The notes under the pieces: generated by a model
Told to the model about the DNA's origin: nothing
Databases searched by the model: none
What the model saw: only the letters and a program-made list of their open reading frames with translations
From: Nitrospirota bacterium
Lineage (GTDB): Bacteria > Nitrospirota > UBA9217
Reading direction: 5' to 3'
Assembly: GCA_041476485.1 (NCBI GenBank)
Contig: JBGOTO010000002.1
Span: 1 to 50,804, forward strand
Length of the DNA: 50,804 nucleotides
Position numbers and translations under genes: made by a program
Part shown: positions 1 through 7,255 of the stretch, piece after piece
Position numbering within the stretch: position 1 is the stretch's first letter
Layout of the letters: every line of letters begins with the position of its first letter

Positions 1-1
1 G

Positions 2-1213
2 CTGGACCAGACCGGCGAAGAGATCGGAAAGCTCAAAGACATCATTGTCGGCACGGGAGAACCGTTCCCCGCGATCACGAGCCTCGTCGTCACGGCCGGC
101 AAGAACACCTACCTGCTTCCCTGGGACCTGATCAATCTCTTCAACCGGCGCGTTATGACCGTCAACACGCGCATTAATGAGCTCAAACCCGCCTCTGTTT
201 CAGCGACCGACATTCTCATCGTCCGGGACATTCTCGACAAACAGATTGTGGACATCAACGGCGCCAAACTGGTGCGCGTAAACGACCTTGAATTGGGCGA
301 CGTGAAAGGGAGGCTCTGCCTGGTGGCGGCGGACATCGGTCTCCGCGGGCTCCTGCGCAGGCTCGGTGTGGAAAAAGGCGGGGAAAAAATCTTTTTTCTT
401 CTCAACTATAAGTTGCAGCCCAAACTCCTTTCCTGGCGCTACGTGCAAACCATCGAGCCCAAGGTCACGCGGCTCACCCTGACCGTGTCCCGGCAGAAGG
501 TCTCGAGCCTGCACCCCGCTGACCTTGCCGAGATCATCAGCGAGGTGTCTCATGACGAGCGCGCGGCCATCTTCGGAAGCCTCGACGTGGACACGGCGGC
601 AGAGGCCCTGCACGAACTCGAGCCGCGCGTCCAGGTGGACATCATCGACGATATGTCCAAGGAGCGGGCCTCGGACATCCTCGAACGCATGCCGCCCGAC
701 GAAGCCGCCGACGTGCTCGGCGACCTGCCCGAGGCCAAGGCGAAGGAACTCATCAATCTCATGGAGAAGGAAGAGGCCGAGGACGTGCAGGAGCTTCTGG
801 AGCACGAGGAAGACACGGCGGGCGGCATGATGACCACCGCATATCTCGCTTTCCTGCCCGACATGACCGTCGAAGAAGCGATCAAGGAGCTCCGGCTCGA
901 AGCACCGGACGTAGAGACCATCTACTACCTCTACATCGTGGACCGCGAAGAGCGGATCGAGGGTGTACTGTCGCTCAAGCACCTGATCCTCGCCACGCCG
1001 CAAACGCTCCTGAGCGATATCATGGTAACGCCGGTCAAGACGCTGCCGCTCGACGCCGGGCAGAGGGACGTGTCCGAGTTTATCTCGAAATACAATCTAC
1101 TCGCCGCTCCCGTGGTGGACGAGGGCATGGTCATGCGCGGTATCGTAACCGTGGACGACGTTCTCGACTTCCTGCTTCCGACGGCGTCGAGAAAGAAGCG
1201 CAGAAAACGATAG
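2..1213 (+). CDS. Soluble PRC-barrel + MgtE N-domain + CBS-pair protein (5' end outside window)
   Basis: Frame 2 is open from the window edge (LDQTGEEIGKLKDIIVG...), upstream of the track's ATG at 155. MgtE_N-type helical region (LHPADLAEIISEV, EDTAGGMMTT) is followed by two CBS motifs. There is no hydrophobic TM segment and the protein ends RKKRRKR. Confidence 0.85.
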   Translation: MDQTGEEIGKLKDIIVGTGEPFPAITSLVVTAGKNTYLLPWDLINLFNRRVMTVNTRINELKPASVSATDILIVRDILDKQIVDINGAKLVRVNDLELGDVKGRLCLVAADIGLRGLLRRLGVEKGGEKIFFLLNYKLQPKLLSWRYVQTIEPKVTRLTLTVSRQKVSSLHPADLAEIISEVSHDERAAIFGSLDVDTAAEALHELEPRVQVDIIDDMSKERASDILERMPPDEAADVLGDLPEAKAKELINLMEKEEAEDVQELLEHEEDTAGGMMTTAYLAFLPDMTVEEAIKELRLEAPDVETIYYLYIVDREERIEGVLSLKHLILATPQTLLSDIMVTPVKTLPLDAGQRDVSEFISKYNLLAAPVVDEGMVMRGIVTVDDVLDFLLPTASRKKRRKR

Positions 1214-1280
1214 CCGCGCGAAATCGGCAACTGCTCCTTCAGCCGCTCCGCCCGGCTGGTTCCGAAAGCATCCCCGGAAA

Positions 1281-2522
1281 ATGAAAGGCACAAAAAGCAT
1301 GAGTCGCTGGAAGAGGTTCTTATTCATATTATCCATTATCGGTCCCGGCGTCATTACGGCGAACATCGACAATGATGCGGGCGGTATTGCCACCTACTCC
1401 ATGGCCGGCGCGCATTTCGGGTACTCCCTGCTCTGGACCCTGATCCCGACAACGATCGCCTTGATTGTCGTGCAGGAAATGGCCGCGCGGATGGGTGCCA
1501 TTACGGGAAAGGGGCTGGCCGACCTGATCAGGGAGAACTATGGCGTCAAAACGATTTTCTGGCTCATGCTTGCCCTTCTGATCACCGATCTCGGCAACAC
1601 GGCAGCCGAGTTTGCGGGCTGGGCCGCAAGCGCCGAACTGTTCGGCGTCAACAAGTATATCGCCGTGCCGCTCGGCGCCGTCTTCGTCTGGCTTATCGTC
1701 GTGAAGGGGTCATACCGGGTTTTCGAAAAAATATTCCTTTTCGTGTGCGCGGTATACCTTGTGTACATTCCCGCCGCTTTCATGGCGAAACCGGACTGGT
1801 CTGCGGTGCTGTCCGAGACGATACGGCCGACTTTTCAGTTCAATTCGCCGTATCTTCTCATGGTCATCGGTTTGGTCGGCACGACGATAACGCCGTGGAT
1901 GCAGTTTTACATCCAATCGGCCGTCGTCGAAAAAGGAGTGATGAAGGAGCAGTACTGGGCGTCGCGGATAGACGTCATCTTCGGCTGCTTTATGACCGAT
2001 ATCGTGGCATTGTTTATCGTGGTCGCCTGCGGCGCCACGCTCTTCAAAGCCGGGATAAAGATCGACAGTGCCGAGGCGGCCGCGGCATCACTTGCTCCGA
2101 TTGCGGGAAGGTATGCCTCGATCCTGTTCGCCATCGGTCTTGCGAATGCGTCCCTCTTTGCCGCTTCCATTCTGCCGCTGGCCACCGCCTACTACGTTTG
2201 CGAAGGGTTGGGGTGGGAAGCCGGGGTGAACAAGACCTTCAAAGAGGCCCCGCAGTTCATGTGGCTCTACACCCTGTTGATAGCCATAGGCGCGCTCATC
2301 GTCCTGATCCCAAAGGCACCGCTCATCGCTATTATGTGGGTGTCGCAGGTTGTCAACGGAGTCATGCTGCCGTTTGTGCTTGTTTTTATGCTGCTGCTTA
2401 TTAATAAAAAAGAACTGATGGAAGAGTATACGAATTCGAGGACTTTCAACATCATCGCCTGGATAACGGCCGCTATCATGATCCTGCTGACGCTCGCCCT
2501 GTTGGTTACGTCCTTCCTTTAA
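1281..2522 (+). CDS. Nramp/SLC11-family cation transporter with a non-canonical metal site (possible Mg2+-type)
   Basis: 413 aa with about 11 hydrophobic helices. TM1 (GPGVITANIDNDAGGIATYSMAGAHFGYSLLW) and TM6 (GTTITPWMQFYIQS) align without gaps to MntH signatures, but DPGN reads DAGG and MPH reads TPW. ATG 1299 is an alternative start. Confidence 0.85.
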   Translation: MKGTKSMSRWKRFLFILSIIGPGVITANIDNDAGGIATYSMAGAHFGYSLLWTLIPTTIALIVVQEMAARMGAITGKGLADLIRENYGVKTIFWLMLALLITDLGNTAAEFAGWAASAELFGVNKYIAVPLGAVFVWLIVVKGSYRVFEKIFLFVCAVYLVYIPAAFMAKPDWSAVLSETIRPTFQFNSPYLLMVIGLVGTTITPWMQFYIQSAVVEKGVMKEQYWASRIDVIFGCFMTDIVALFIVVACGATLFKAGIKIDSAEAAAASLAPIAGRYASILFAIGLANASLFAASILPLATAYYVCEGLGWEAGVNKTFKEAPQFMWLYTLLIAIGALIVLIPKAPLIAIMWVSQVVNGVMLPFVLVFMLLLINKKELMEEYTNSRTFNIIAWITAAIMILLTLALLVTSFL

Positions 2523-2533
2523 TTTGCCCAGGC

Positions 2534-3226
2534 CTATTTTTGATAGTGGATAGGGTCCTTGACTCCCGCCTCGTTAAAACCATTCAGCCGTAAAACGCAG
2601 CTATCGCATCTGCCGCAGGCCTTTTCGCTTGCCTGGTAGCAGCTCCAGGTAAGATTGAACGGCGCGCCCAGTTGAACGCCCTTTTTCACAATCTCAGCCT
2701 TCTTCAGGTGAATAAGAGGCGTGACGATTTCTATCCGCGTTTCCGGTTTCGTTCCCATCTCAATGACCTTGTTGAAAGCCTGGTAGAAGGTCTCCCGGCA
2801 GTCGGGATAGCCGGAGCTGTCTTCTTCCACGGCGCCGATGAAGATCTTTGTCGCGCCGATGACTTCCGCCCAGGAGGTGGCGATGGACAATAGATGGGCG
2901 TTGCGGAAGGGAACGTAGGTCGTGGGAATTGCAGATTGCGGATTTCGAATTGCGGATTGAGACGAGGCAGCTTCGGGGACAGGGATATTTGTATCGGTCA
3001 ACGCCGAGCCGCCGATGACCTTCAAATGCTCTATGCTCACCGTCAGCCGCTTCGTGACTTTATAGAAGTCCGCTATCTCGTTGAACGCCCGCAGTTCACG
3101 CTCCTCGGTACGTTGACCGTAGTTCACATGGAGAAACGCCAGCTGGTATTGCTCATTTGCAATCGCCGCAGTGACGCAACTGTCCATGCCGCCGCTGGCA
3201 AGGATTATCGCAAGTTCTTTTTTCAT
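2534..3226 (-). CDS. queC: 7-cyano-7-deazaguanine synthase
   Basis: PP-loop ASGGMDS near the N-terminus, YVPFRN, SGYPDCR, and the C-terminal Zn cluster CGRCDSCVLR. Collinear with E. coli QueC. Confidence 0.93.
   Translation of the reverse strand: MKKELAIILASGGMDSCVTAAIANEQYQLAFLHVNYGQRTEERELRAFNEIADFYKVTKRLTVSIEHLKVIGGSALTDTNIPVPEAASSQSAIRNPQSAIPTTYVPFRNAHLLSIATSWAEVIGATKIFIGAVEEDSSGYPDCRETFYQAFNKVIEMGTKPETRIEIVTPLIHLKKAEIVKKGVQLGAPFNLTWSCYQASEKACGRCDSCVLRLNGFNEAGVKDPIHYQK
2927..2960. repeat. ATTGCGGATT-type short repeat (two units, 14-nt period) inside the queC coding region
   Basis: aattgcagATTGCGGATTtcgaATTGCGGATTga. The same unit occurs intergenically at 38394-38423 and, reverse-complemented, at 50092-50108. 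It is read in frame as SQSAIRNPQSAI. Confidence 0.5.
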
Positions 3227-3308
3227 AAAGGGAGTTTACCAGCATCGGGCGGAAAATTCTACAGCTTTTTCCTGAAACGGAGCAGGGGAAAAAAGGACCC
3301 CCGGAGGA

Positions 3309-3336
3309 AGAACAAAAAGCACCGCCGGGGGCGGGG
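3309..3336 (-). terminator. Weak intrinsic terminator candidate after the Cys4 mini-gene
   Basis: Minus strand reads CCGCC-ccc-GGCGG followed by TGCTTTTTG, just downstream of the stop at 3342. The stem is only 5 bp. Confidence 0.3.
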
Positions 3337-3341
3337 GGATA

Positions 3342-3479
3342 TCAATGCGCGCCGTGGATCAGCATGGGAAGGCAGCGGGTGCAGACGACCTTTTCCTTGC
3401 CTTCGTGGTAGCAAGGGAGATAGACGCGGTCCTTCTCCGCCGCGCCGCAGACAAAACATTTGAGTTCTTTGTCGGCCAT
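3342..3479 (-). CDS. 45-aa Cys4 (zinc-ribbon-like) mini-protein, below the ORF-track cutoff
   Basis: Hand translation gives MADKELKCFVCGAAEKDRVYLPCYHEGKEKVVCTRCLPMLIHGAH* with CxxC...CxxC. A GGAGG lies 6-7 nt upstream of the ATG and overlaps the end of the upstream gene (GGAGGAATAACATG). Confidence 0.55.
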   Translation of the reverse strand: MADKELKCFVCGAAEKDRVYLPCYHEGKEKVVCTRCLPMLIHGAH

Positions 3480-3480
3480 G

Positions 3481-3693
3481 TTATTCCTCCAATGCGTTGA
3501 TTTCGTCAACGATCTTGTTCGGGTCCAGGTTGTGCATCATGGACCCGAACGACAGGGATTCCATGTTGATGCCGGGGCAGGTGAAACAGCCGTTGCCGAA
3601 ATGTTTCTCGATCACTGCCTTTGCTCCCGGGCTCATTTTAATCACATCGCCGATGATCGAATCTTTCGTAACTTTCTTTTTCTCCGCAATCAT
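3481..3693 (-). CDS. DUF1858-like small redox-disulfide protein (CxxC)
   Basis: MIAEKKKVTKDSIIGDVIKMSPGAKAVIEKHFGNGCFTCPG... resembles the hybrid-cluster-protein-associated / ScdA-N type domain. The internal ATG at 3693 has a strong AGGAGG RBS, so it is preferred over the track start at 3732. Confidence 0.7.
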   Translation of the reverse strand: MIAEKKKVTKDSIIGDVIKMSPGAKAVIEKHFGNGCFTCPGINMESLSFGSMMHNLDPNKIVDEINALEE

Positions 3694-3861
3694 GGTGGCC
3701 TCCTTTGGTATTTGATGATCACAGTATAGCAAAAGGGCCGATGACCCGCTATGACCTGCATCATATTCATGATCTATGGTATACTATGAGCCATGTCATA
3801 CCCATCCGGCCGAAATCACTCTATACTATAATCATACTAACTCTTGAGGAGGTTTTTTACC

Positions 3862-4272
3862 ATGGACAGATTCGTAAAGGGGTTTATCGTTATGAGCATC
3901 GTGTATCTCGGGATCTCGGCGGTCTTGGGCGTCTGTATGCTCGCGAACCAGAGCTTGACTATGCTGAAGTTCGTGCATTCCCACCTGAACATGCTCGGCT
4001 GGGTGTCGATGATGATCTACGGCGTCGGGTATCACATTCTGCCGCGGTTTATGGGAAGGCCGGTGTACAGCGCGAAAATAGGGGAGGTGCAGCTCTATCT
4101 CGCGAACATCTCGCTCGTTGCCATGCTCGTGTTCTATACCCTGAATGCTTACAATCCCGCTGGCGGCTACCGGACGCTCACCGTGGCGTTCGGCGCATTG
4201 CAGGTGGCCGCGATATTTCTCTTCTTTTATAACATGCTGAGGACGCTTCTGGCGAAGGTGGAGCAGAAGTAA
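3862..4272 (+). CDS. 4-TM membrane protein resembling the helix-X region of heme-copper oxidase subunit I
   Basis: FVHSHLNMLGWVSMMIYGVGYHILPRFMGRP parallels the oxidase motif VAHFHYVLSMGAVF...YYWFPKMTGR, with the HxH pair retained. ATG 3862 has a GGAGG 8 nt upstream, so it is preferred over the TTG at 3844. Confidence 0.6.
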   Translation: MDRFVKGFIVMSIVYLGISAVLGVCMLANQSLTMLKFVHSHLNMLGWVSMMIYGVGYHILPRFMGRPVYSAKIGEVQLYLANISLVAMLVFYTLNAYNPAGGYRTLTVAFGALQVAAIFLFFYNMLRTLLAKVEQK

Positions 4273-4276
4273 AGCA

Positions 4277-4359
4277 GTTCGTAGCTCATGGTTCGTAGCT
4301 CGTAGTAATGCTTTCGCTATGAGCTGTTTTTATCGTTTCAACTACGAACTACCAGCTAC
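4277..4359. repeat. GTTCGTAGCTC direct repeat plus inverted copy between convergent genes
   Basis: gttcgtagctc occurs at 4277-4287 and 4291-4301. 4341-4359 (actacgaactaccagctac) is an imperfect reverse complement of 4281-4299 (about 15/19). A CCAGCT/AGCTGG hairpin lies at 4352-4373. Confidence 0.55.
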
Positions 4360-4377
4360 CAACTGCGAGCTGGTGCT

Positions 4378-5049
4378 TCACGACGAGAGCGACGCAAGTC
4401 CCTCCTTGTCCTTGATGATGAACTTGCCGTCCGTGTCCGTCACGAGACCTTCTTTCTTGAACTTGCTGAAGGTCCTGATCGAGGTTTCGACCGTGGTGCC
4501 GACCATGTCCGCCACGTCCTGTTTGGTGAGCCGCATGTCGATGAGCGTCCCGTCTTTGGTTTCCACGCCGACCTTGTTCGAGAGCTTCAGGAGCAGCGCG
4601 GCGATCCGCGCCTCGACGCGCTCGAGCGCGATGTTCTTGAGCGAATCATAGGAACTCTTCATGCGGTCGCCGAGCTGGAGCGCGATGAAGTACATGAGGT
4701 TCGGGAAACGGTCCACGAGGCGCATGAGGTTCTTCCGCGATATTTTGATCACCTCGGCGTCTTCCATGGCCACGGCGTTCGCGGGGTAGGGAAAATTCCG
4801 CAGGACCGCCACGCCGCCGAAGATGTCGTGCGGGGAGATGACCTCGAGGATGATCTCCTTGCCCTCGTGGGAGAGCTTGGTGACCTTCACTTTGCCCGCT
4901 GAAGCGACGTAAAACCACTCCGGCGAATCGCCTTCCGAAAAAATGTACTCTTTTTTCTTGTATGTTGTTGTAACGACGTAGGACTGCAGTTCCTTCAGCT
5001 CCTCGTCCGAGAGGTTTTTGAACAGGTCGATCTTCTTGAGGTTTTTCAT
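4378..5049 (-). CDS. Crp/Fnr-family transcriptional regulator (cysteine-free)
   Basis: N-terminal cNMP-binding beta-barrel and C-terminal HTH (TKQDVADMVGTTVETSIRTFSKFKKEG). The protein contains no Cys at all, so it is not an Fe-S FNR. Confidence 0.9.
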   Translation of the reverse strand: MKNLKKIDLFKNLSDEELKELQSYVVTTTYKKKEYIFSEGDSPEWFYVASAGKVKVTKLSHEGKEIILEVISPHDIFGGVAVLRNFPYPANAVAMEDAEVIKISRKNLMRLVDRFPNLMYFIALQLGDRMKSSYDSLKNIALERVEARIAALLLKLSNKVGVETKDGTLIDMRLTKQDVADMVGTTVETSIRTFSKFKKEGLVTDTDGKFIIKDKEGLASLSS

Positions 5050-5074
5050 GGTTGTCCCGCGAGCTCCCGTCAGG

Positions 5075-5539
5075 TTAAGGCAGCGGCCGTAACCGCTTCC
5101 AGTAAATGTATTCCGATACGCCCGGCACGATCAGGCCTGGCAACTCTCCGGTCTTTGCGTACCCCAGTTTTTCATAAAACGCCTGGGCCTCCCGGTTGAA
5201 CGAAGAAACGCAGAGATAAAAATTCGCCGAGAGGCGCGACGTCGTTTTCTCCGCAAAGGTCATAAGCTCTCTGCCGATGCCCCGGCCGCGCATTGCCGGC
5301 GCGACCCCGATGGCGCGCAGGTATCCTCCCCTGGCGAAAACCGGTTCCGGCGTGAATATGACGAAACCCGCGGGTCCTTCGCCGTCGGTGCAGACATAGG
5401 CCTGTTTCAGGCCGATGTAGGGCGCAAAGTCGATCCGCTCGTTCAGGGTTTTCCAGGGATCGGAGACGGCCGTGATTTCGTTACAGGCCCGGATGTCAGC
5501 GCGTTTCATGAGAACAATTTTGAAGGCGTTGTCTGCCAC
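5075..5539 (-). CDS. GNAT-family N-acetyltransferase
   Basis: 154 aa with the acetyl-CoA motif RGRGIGRELM and FYEKLGY. Its start abuts the coaE stop. Confidence 0.85.
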   Translation of the reverse strand: MADNAFKIVLMKRADIRACNEITAVSDPWKTLNERIDFAPYIGLKQAYVCTDGEGPAGFVIFTPEPVFARGGYLRAIGVAPAMRGRGIGRELMTFAEKTTSRLSANFYLCVSSFNREAQAFYEKLGYAKTGELPGLIVPGVSEYIYWKRLRPLP

Positions 5540-6151
5540 CTATGACCTTTCCGTTTCCTGTTTCAGCTTGTGAAAGACTTCTCGTGCCCGCTGTTCAGCC
5601 TCTTCGCGGGAGCCCGTATTCTCAATGACATAGTCCGCGTGCCCGCGCTTCTCCGCGAGCGGTATCTGGCTCCGGATTCTGGCCAGGGCCTGCTCGCGGG
5701 TGAATTTGTCCCGGGACGCGAGGCGTTCGACCTGTTGTTCCAGCTCAGCGTATACCACGACGGTCCTGTCCATGTTCCGGTGGTATCCGGTCTCGATGAG
5801 GAGGGCGGCGTCAAAGACGACAACGGCGTCCGGCGACCGCTCCCGTATATGCTTTGCCTGAGACGAATAGGCGGCAAAGACCTTGGGGTGGAGACACCCG
5901 TTGAGCCACGCCCGTTTCTCCACGTCGTTGAAAACGATCTCTCCGAGTTTCCTGCGGTCAAGGCACTGATCGGGCAGCAGAATGCTCTTCCCGAAGTAAT
6001 CGAGCACTTCCCTCCATGCCTGCTGGTCCGGTTCCAGCAGATCGCGCACAATCCGGTCGGCGTCGATAACGCATGCCCCGAGGTCCCTGAACACGCGCGC
6101 AACGAGGCTTTTTCCGCTTGCGATCCCGCCTGTCAGTCCTACGATGAGCAT
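5540..6151 (-). CDS. coaE: Dephospho-CoA kinase
   Basis: P-loop GLTGGIASGKS at the N-terminus, about 200 aa, typical CoaE layout. Confidence 0.9.
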   Translation of the reverse strand: MLIVGLTGGIASGKSLVARVFRDLGACVIDADRIVRDLLEPDQQAWREVLDYFGKSILLPDQCLDRRKLGEIVFNDVEKRAWLNGCLHPKVFAAYSSQAKHIRERSPDAVVVFDAALLIETGYHRNMDRTVVVYAELEQQVERLASRDKFTREQALARIRSQIPLAEKRGHADYVIENTGSREEAEQRAREVFHKLKQETERS

Positions 6152-6172
6152 AAAGACCTTTCGTATGCACCC

Positions 6173-6853
6173 CTAGGACGCATTCACCAGGGCAATCAGC
6201 TTTTCAGTCAAAAGAGCTATCATGTTGACGGTCTTTAGTATACCACCTGCAAGGAACGTCGGGTAATCCATGTTCTCCGCGAAATACATATGGATGAGGA
6301 ACGCGGCAAAGACGATGTTGAACAGATAGATGAGGGGATAGGAAAAGACCTCGCCCTGCTCCCGGATGTCGTTTTGGTCCGTCTGAAGAAAAACGACCGT
6401 CAGGACCACGTGAAACGCGAATGTGGCGCCGGACAGAAAGATGAGAACGTCGGTCGCCGCGCCGCGGGCGCCGGCGGCATGGGCAAGCCCGTAGAGGACG
6501 AGCGCAATGAATGTGTAGAGGGGAAAGAAGTAAGGCGCGAGCGTAATGAGAAAATTCGACTTGGTCAGGGTGACGCGGCCGCCGCGGTCGCTGGCGTGGA
6601 TCGCTTTTACCGATCCGCCGAAGAGCAGGGCGAAAAGCGCGTGCGTGAGTTCGTGCCCCACGACATAGGTAAGGATCGGTTTATTGAAAAGGAGGTGGGC
6701 GGTCACATAGGCCAGCCCGCCTGCGACAAAGAAGTAGGGCGCGTCCGTTTTGTAGCGGACAGTAACAAGCGTAGCCGCAAGCTGCCAGGTGAATCCCAGG
6801 CACAGCGGGACGAGTCCCAGGCCGATCAGGATTTTTGCGATCTTTTTTCCCAT
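6173..6853 (-). CDS. Polytopic membrane protein with HExxH motif (putative zincin-like peptidase)
   Basis: VGHELTHALFALLFGG lies within a protein of 5-6 TM helices. Confidence 0.6.
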   Translation of the reverse strand: MGKKIAKILIGLGLVPLCLGFTWQLAATLVTVRYKTDAPYFFVAGGLAYVTAHLLFNKPILTYVVGHELTHALFALLFGGSVKAIHASDRGGRVTLTKSNFLITLAPYFFPLYTFIALVLYGLAHAAGARGAATDVLIFLSGATFAFHVVLTVVFLQTDQNDIREQGEVFSYPLIYLFNIVFAAFLIHMYFAENMDYPTFLAGGILKTVNMIALLTEKLIALVNAS

Positions 6854-6857
6854 GGTG

Positions 6858-7217
6858 TTATAACAGGTTCTCGAGCAGGAACCGAGCCAGAAGATCGGTG
6901 TCAGAAAGCGTTTCGATAAGCTCTTTTTTCTCGCCGATGAACCCGGGTTCCGCCACGTAGGCCATGTCCCGGTAGATGATGGAGTCCAGGTAAATTTCCG
7001 CGTTCATCGCCTTGAGGTCTTTCTCGTATTTTATCCGTCCCACCAGTTTATGGGGATCGGAGCCGTTGTCCGCCGTTTTGACGATGCGAAAAGCGGGCTC
7101 CAGTTCAAACGCAGGGTTGCCTTTCGAAAGGATCGTGATGGTGTTTTTTTCGAGTTTGATCTTTTCTTCCCCGATCAGACCGTCGAGAATGCGTTGTGAA
7201 AAAAACAGTTTGTTCAT
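6858..7217 (-). CDS. Hypothetical protein (119 aa)
   Basis: The ORF has plausible composition. The start at MNKLFFSQRI (7217) avoids overlap with the lptG 3' end. No motif recognised. Confidence 0.5.
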   Translation of the reverse strand: MNKLFFSQRILDGLIGEEKIKLEKNTITILSKGNPAFELEPAFRIVKTADNGSDPHKLVGRIKYEKDLKAMNAEIYLDSIIYRDMAYVAEPGFIGEKKELIETLSDTDLLARFLLENLL

Positions 7218-7255
7218 AACGAACGACACCTCTTCACGAAACAAGCGATGGACCC

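Noticed and set aside
155-1213. Several ORF-track start codons: 155 for the MgtE-N protein, 3732, 3844, 12519, 13324, 21876, 24061, 25424, 26463, 32032, 32834, 36566, 37437, 38424, 42970, 43147, 47119.
   Set aside because: In each case an internal start with a better RBS, a signal peptide or family-consistent N-terminus, or avoidance of overlap with the upstream gene, promoter or terminator was preferred. For the first gene the frame is open to the window edge, so the gene is 5'-partial.
3227-3341. Possible preQ1 riboswitch upstream of queC.
   Set aside because: No preQ1-I/II-like compact hairpin with an A-rich tail is visible on the minus strand. The region is G/C-run rich and looks like terminator and promoter spacer.
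3694-3861. Crp/Fnr operator in the divergent promoter region (candidates TTGATGATCACA at 3712-3723 and ATGA-N6-TCAT at 3751-3764).
   Set aside because: Neither fits TTGAT-N4-ATCAA or TGTGA-N6-TCACA in both half-sites. Without a genome-wide motif they are not supportable as features.
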